Source: Tubulanus polymorphus (Eukaryota; Animalia; Nemertea). From it: a stretch of DNA of 64,000 nt. Every line of letters begins with the position of its first letter. The stretch's first letter is position 1. The stretch spans positions 13,896,655 to 13,960,654 of the forward strand of contig NC_134033.1 of the NCBI RefSeq assembly GCF_964204645.1, read 5' to 3'. The notes beneath the pieces are model-generated. The model made no database searches. It was given only the letters and a program-made list of their open reading frames with translations, and had not been told where the DNA came from. Below are positions 63,067-64,000 of the stretch, one piece after another. The position numbers and the translations under genes were made by a program.

Positions 63067-63568
63067 GTAAGTCTTCCAATTTTCGAATTCACCGGCAACT
63101 GAAAATTCAAGCTTAAATTCCTAACCCCTCGGGTGGGAACAAAAAGCCTTAAGACCATGATATACGTTACGCATCATCATCTTTTGAATCATTAAGGAAC
63201 ACCCGAACAGAAAGGAAATTGAACTCACTTTATTGACCAAAGTCTCGGGGCCGGTTCCATAGTCTTGGCTTAAACTTCTTTTTGAGACCACCTTGGTTCT
63301 AAAGCCGATCTAGCATTTTAAGGCCAGTCTTACGATTTTACACCGCGCAGTTTCCACTGTGGAATCAGCTGCTGGTCTCAACGAATGGGATCGAGAGACT
63401 CCGCGCTTGTCTGGATGAAAATCTCACCGTGTAAACTTTGACTCCTGAATCAATTCTTTACGCATTTGAGCAATTACGGCATTTATACCTCTTCATAATG
63501 TAATTTGTAATCATGTTTCCCAATCTGAATAATAGCGAAACTATGCTTTCCTTTTCTAGATTTTAGAA

Positions 63569-64000
63569 ATGCGGATTTTGTGCACTATAACAGTATTGGC
63601 TGTGGCTCTCCTACACGGGGTACACAGTCAAATGGGACCACCAGGTAAAATGAAGTAATGATGTGTTACACGACGCTTAAATCAAGATAAATCGTTTATG
63701 TTGGTTGTAATTTTAATTGTCAAGTTATCGAGTAAAATTTACAATTTTGAATACAACAAACAGTTCCACACGATTTACCAACGATGGAGTGCACTAGGCT
63801 TGTCATAACGGCCGAATTTATTTATTCTAAATCCGGGTATTACCCTGAATAAAAGAGTAATGTTTGGAATAATGTTATTTTCTAGGTGGTATGATGGATA
63901 TGATGAAAATGTTAAACATGATGAAATCAAAGACTGCTGGTGCATCTTCCGGTGGCGGAGGCGGAGGTGCAGGTGGAGGTGGAGGAGGCAAAGGGGGCGG
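63569..64000 (+). CDS. Secreted Met/Gly-rich protein, 5' part (exons 63569-63644, 63886-beyond window)
   Basis: Signal peptide MRILCTITVLAVALLHGVHS, phase-1 intron, then QMGPPGGMMDMMKMLNMMKSKTAGASSGGGGGGAGGGGGGKGG; open to the window end; missed by the ORF track. Confidence 0.8.

Overview
Intron-rich eukaryotic (animal, probably marine invertebrate; species not determinable from sequence alone) genomic DNA; all recognisable genes are on the + strand. In order: (1) the 3' exons of RSF1 (remodelling and spacing factor 1); (2) a ~12 kb non-coding region (7.4-19.2 kb) that looks like a multi-exon lncRNA, containing a 5.5 kb cassette bracketed by 250-bp inverted repeats with same-strand G-rich arrays, and a ~1.18 kb exon/intron unit repeated ~3.5 times; (3) four tandem, intact 8-exon YajO-like aldo-keto reductase genes; (4) a ~1909-aa secreted, very basic lectin that I assembled by hand from 47 coding exons: signal peptide - 3 C-type lectin domains - 6 WSC domains joined by 18-nt Arg-rich microexons - 6 C-type lectin domains - basic/Thr tail, with the nine CTLDs arranged as three repeats of a differentiated triad; (5) a secreted GYP-repeat (Gly/Pro/Gln/Tyr) protein, an orphan single-exon ORF, and the start of a secreted Met/Gly-rich protein. 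Genes 4-5 are the best candidate for an undescribed system: a co-oriented secreted biomaterial (glue/tube/mucus) gene cluster. Interspersed are MITEs with target-site duplications, tRNA-derived SINE-like repeats and a derived minisatellite, Penelope-type hammerhead-ribozyme remnants and a poly(A) retro-insertion that duplicated a splice donor. All exon models are manual GT-AG/frame reconstructions, not transcript-verified.
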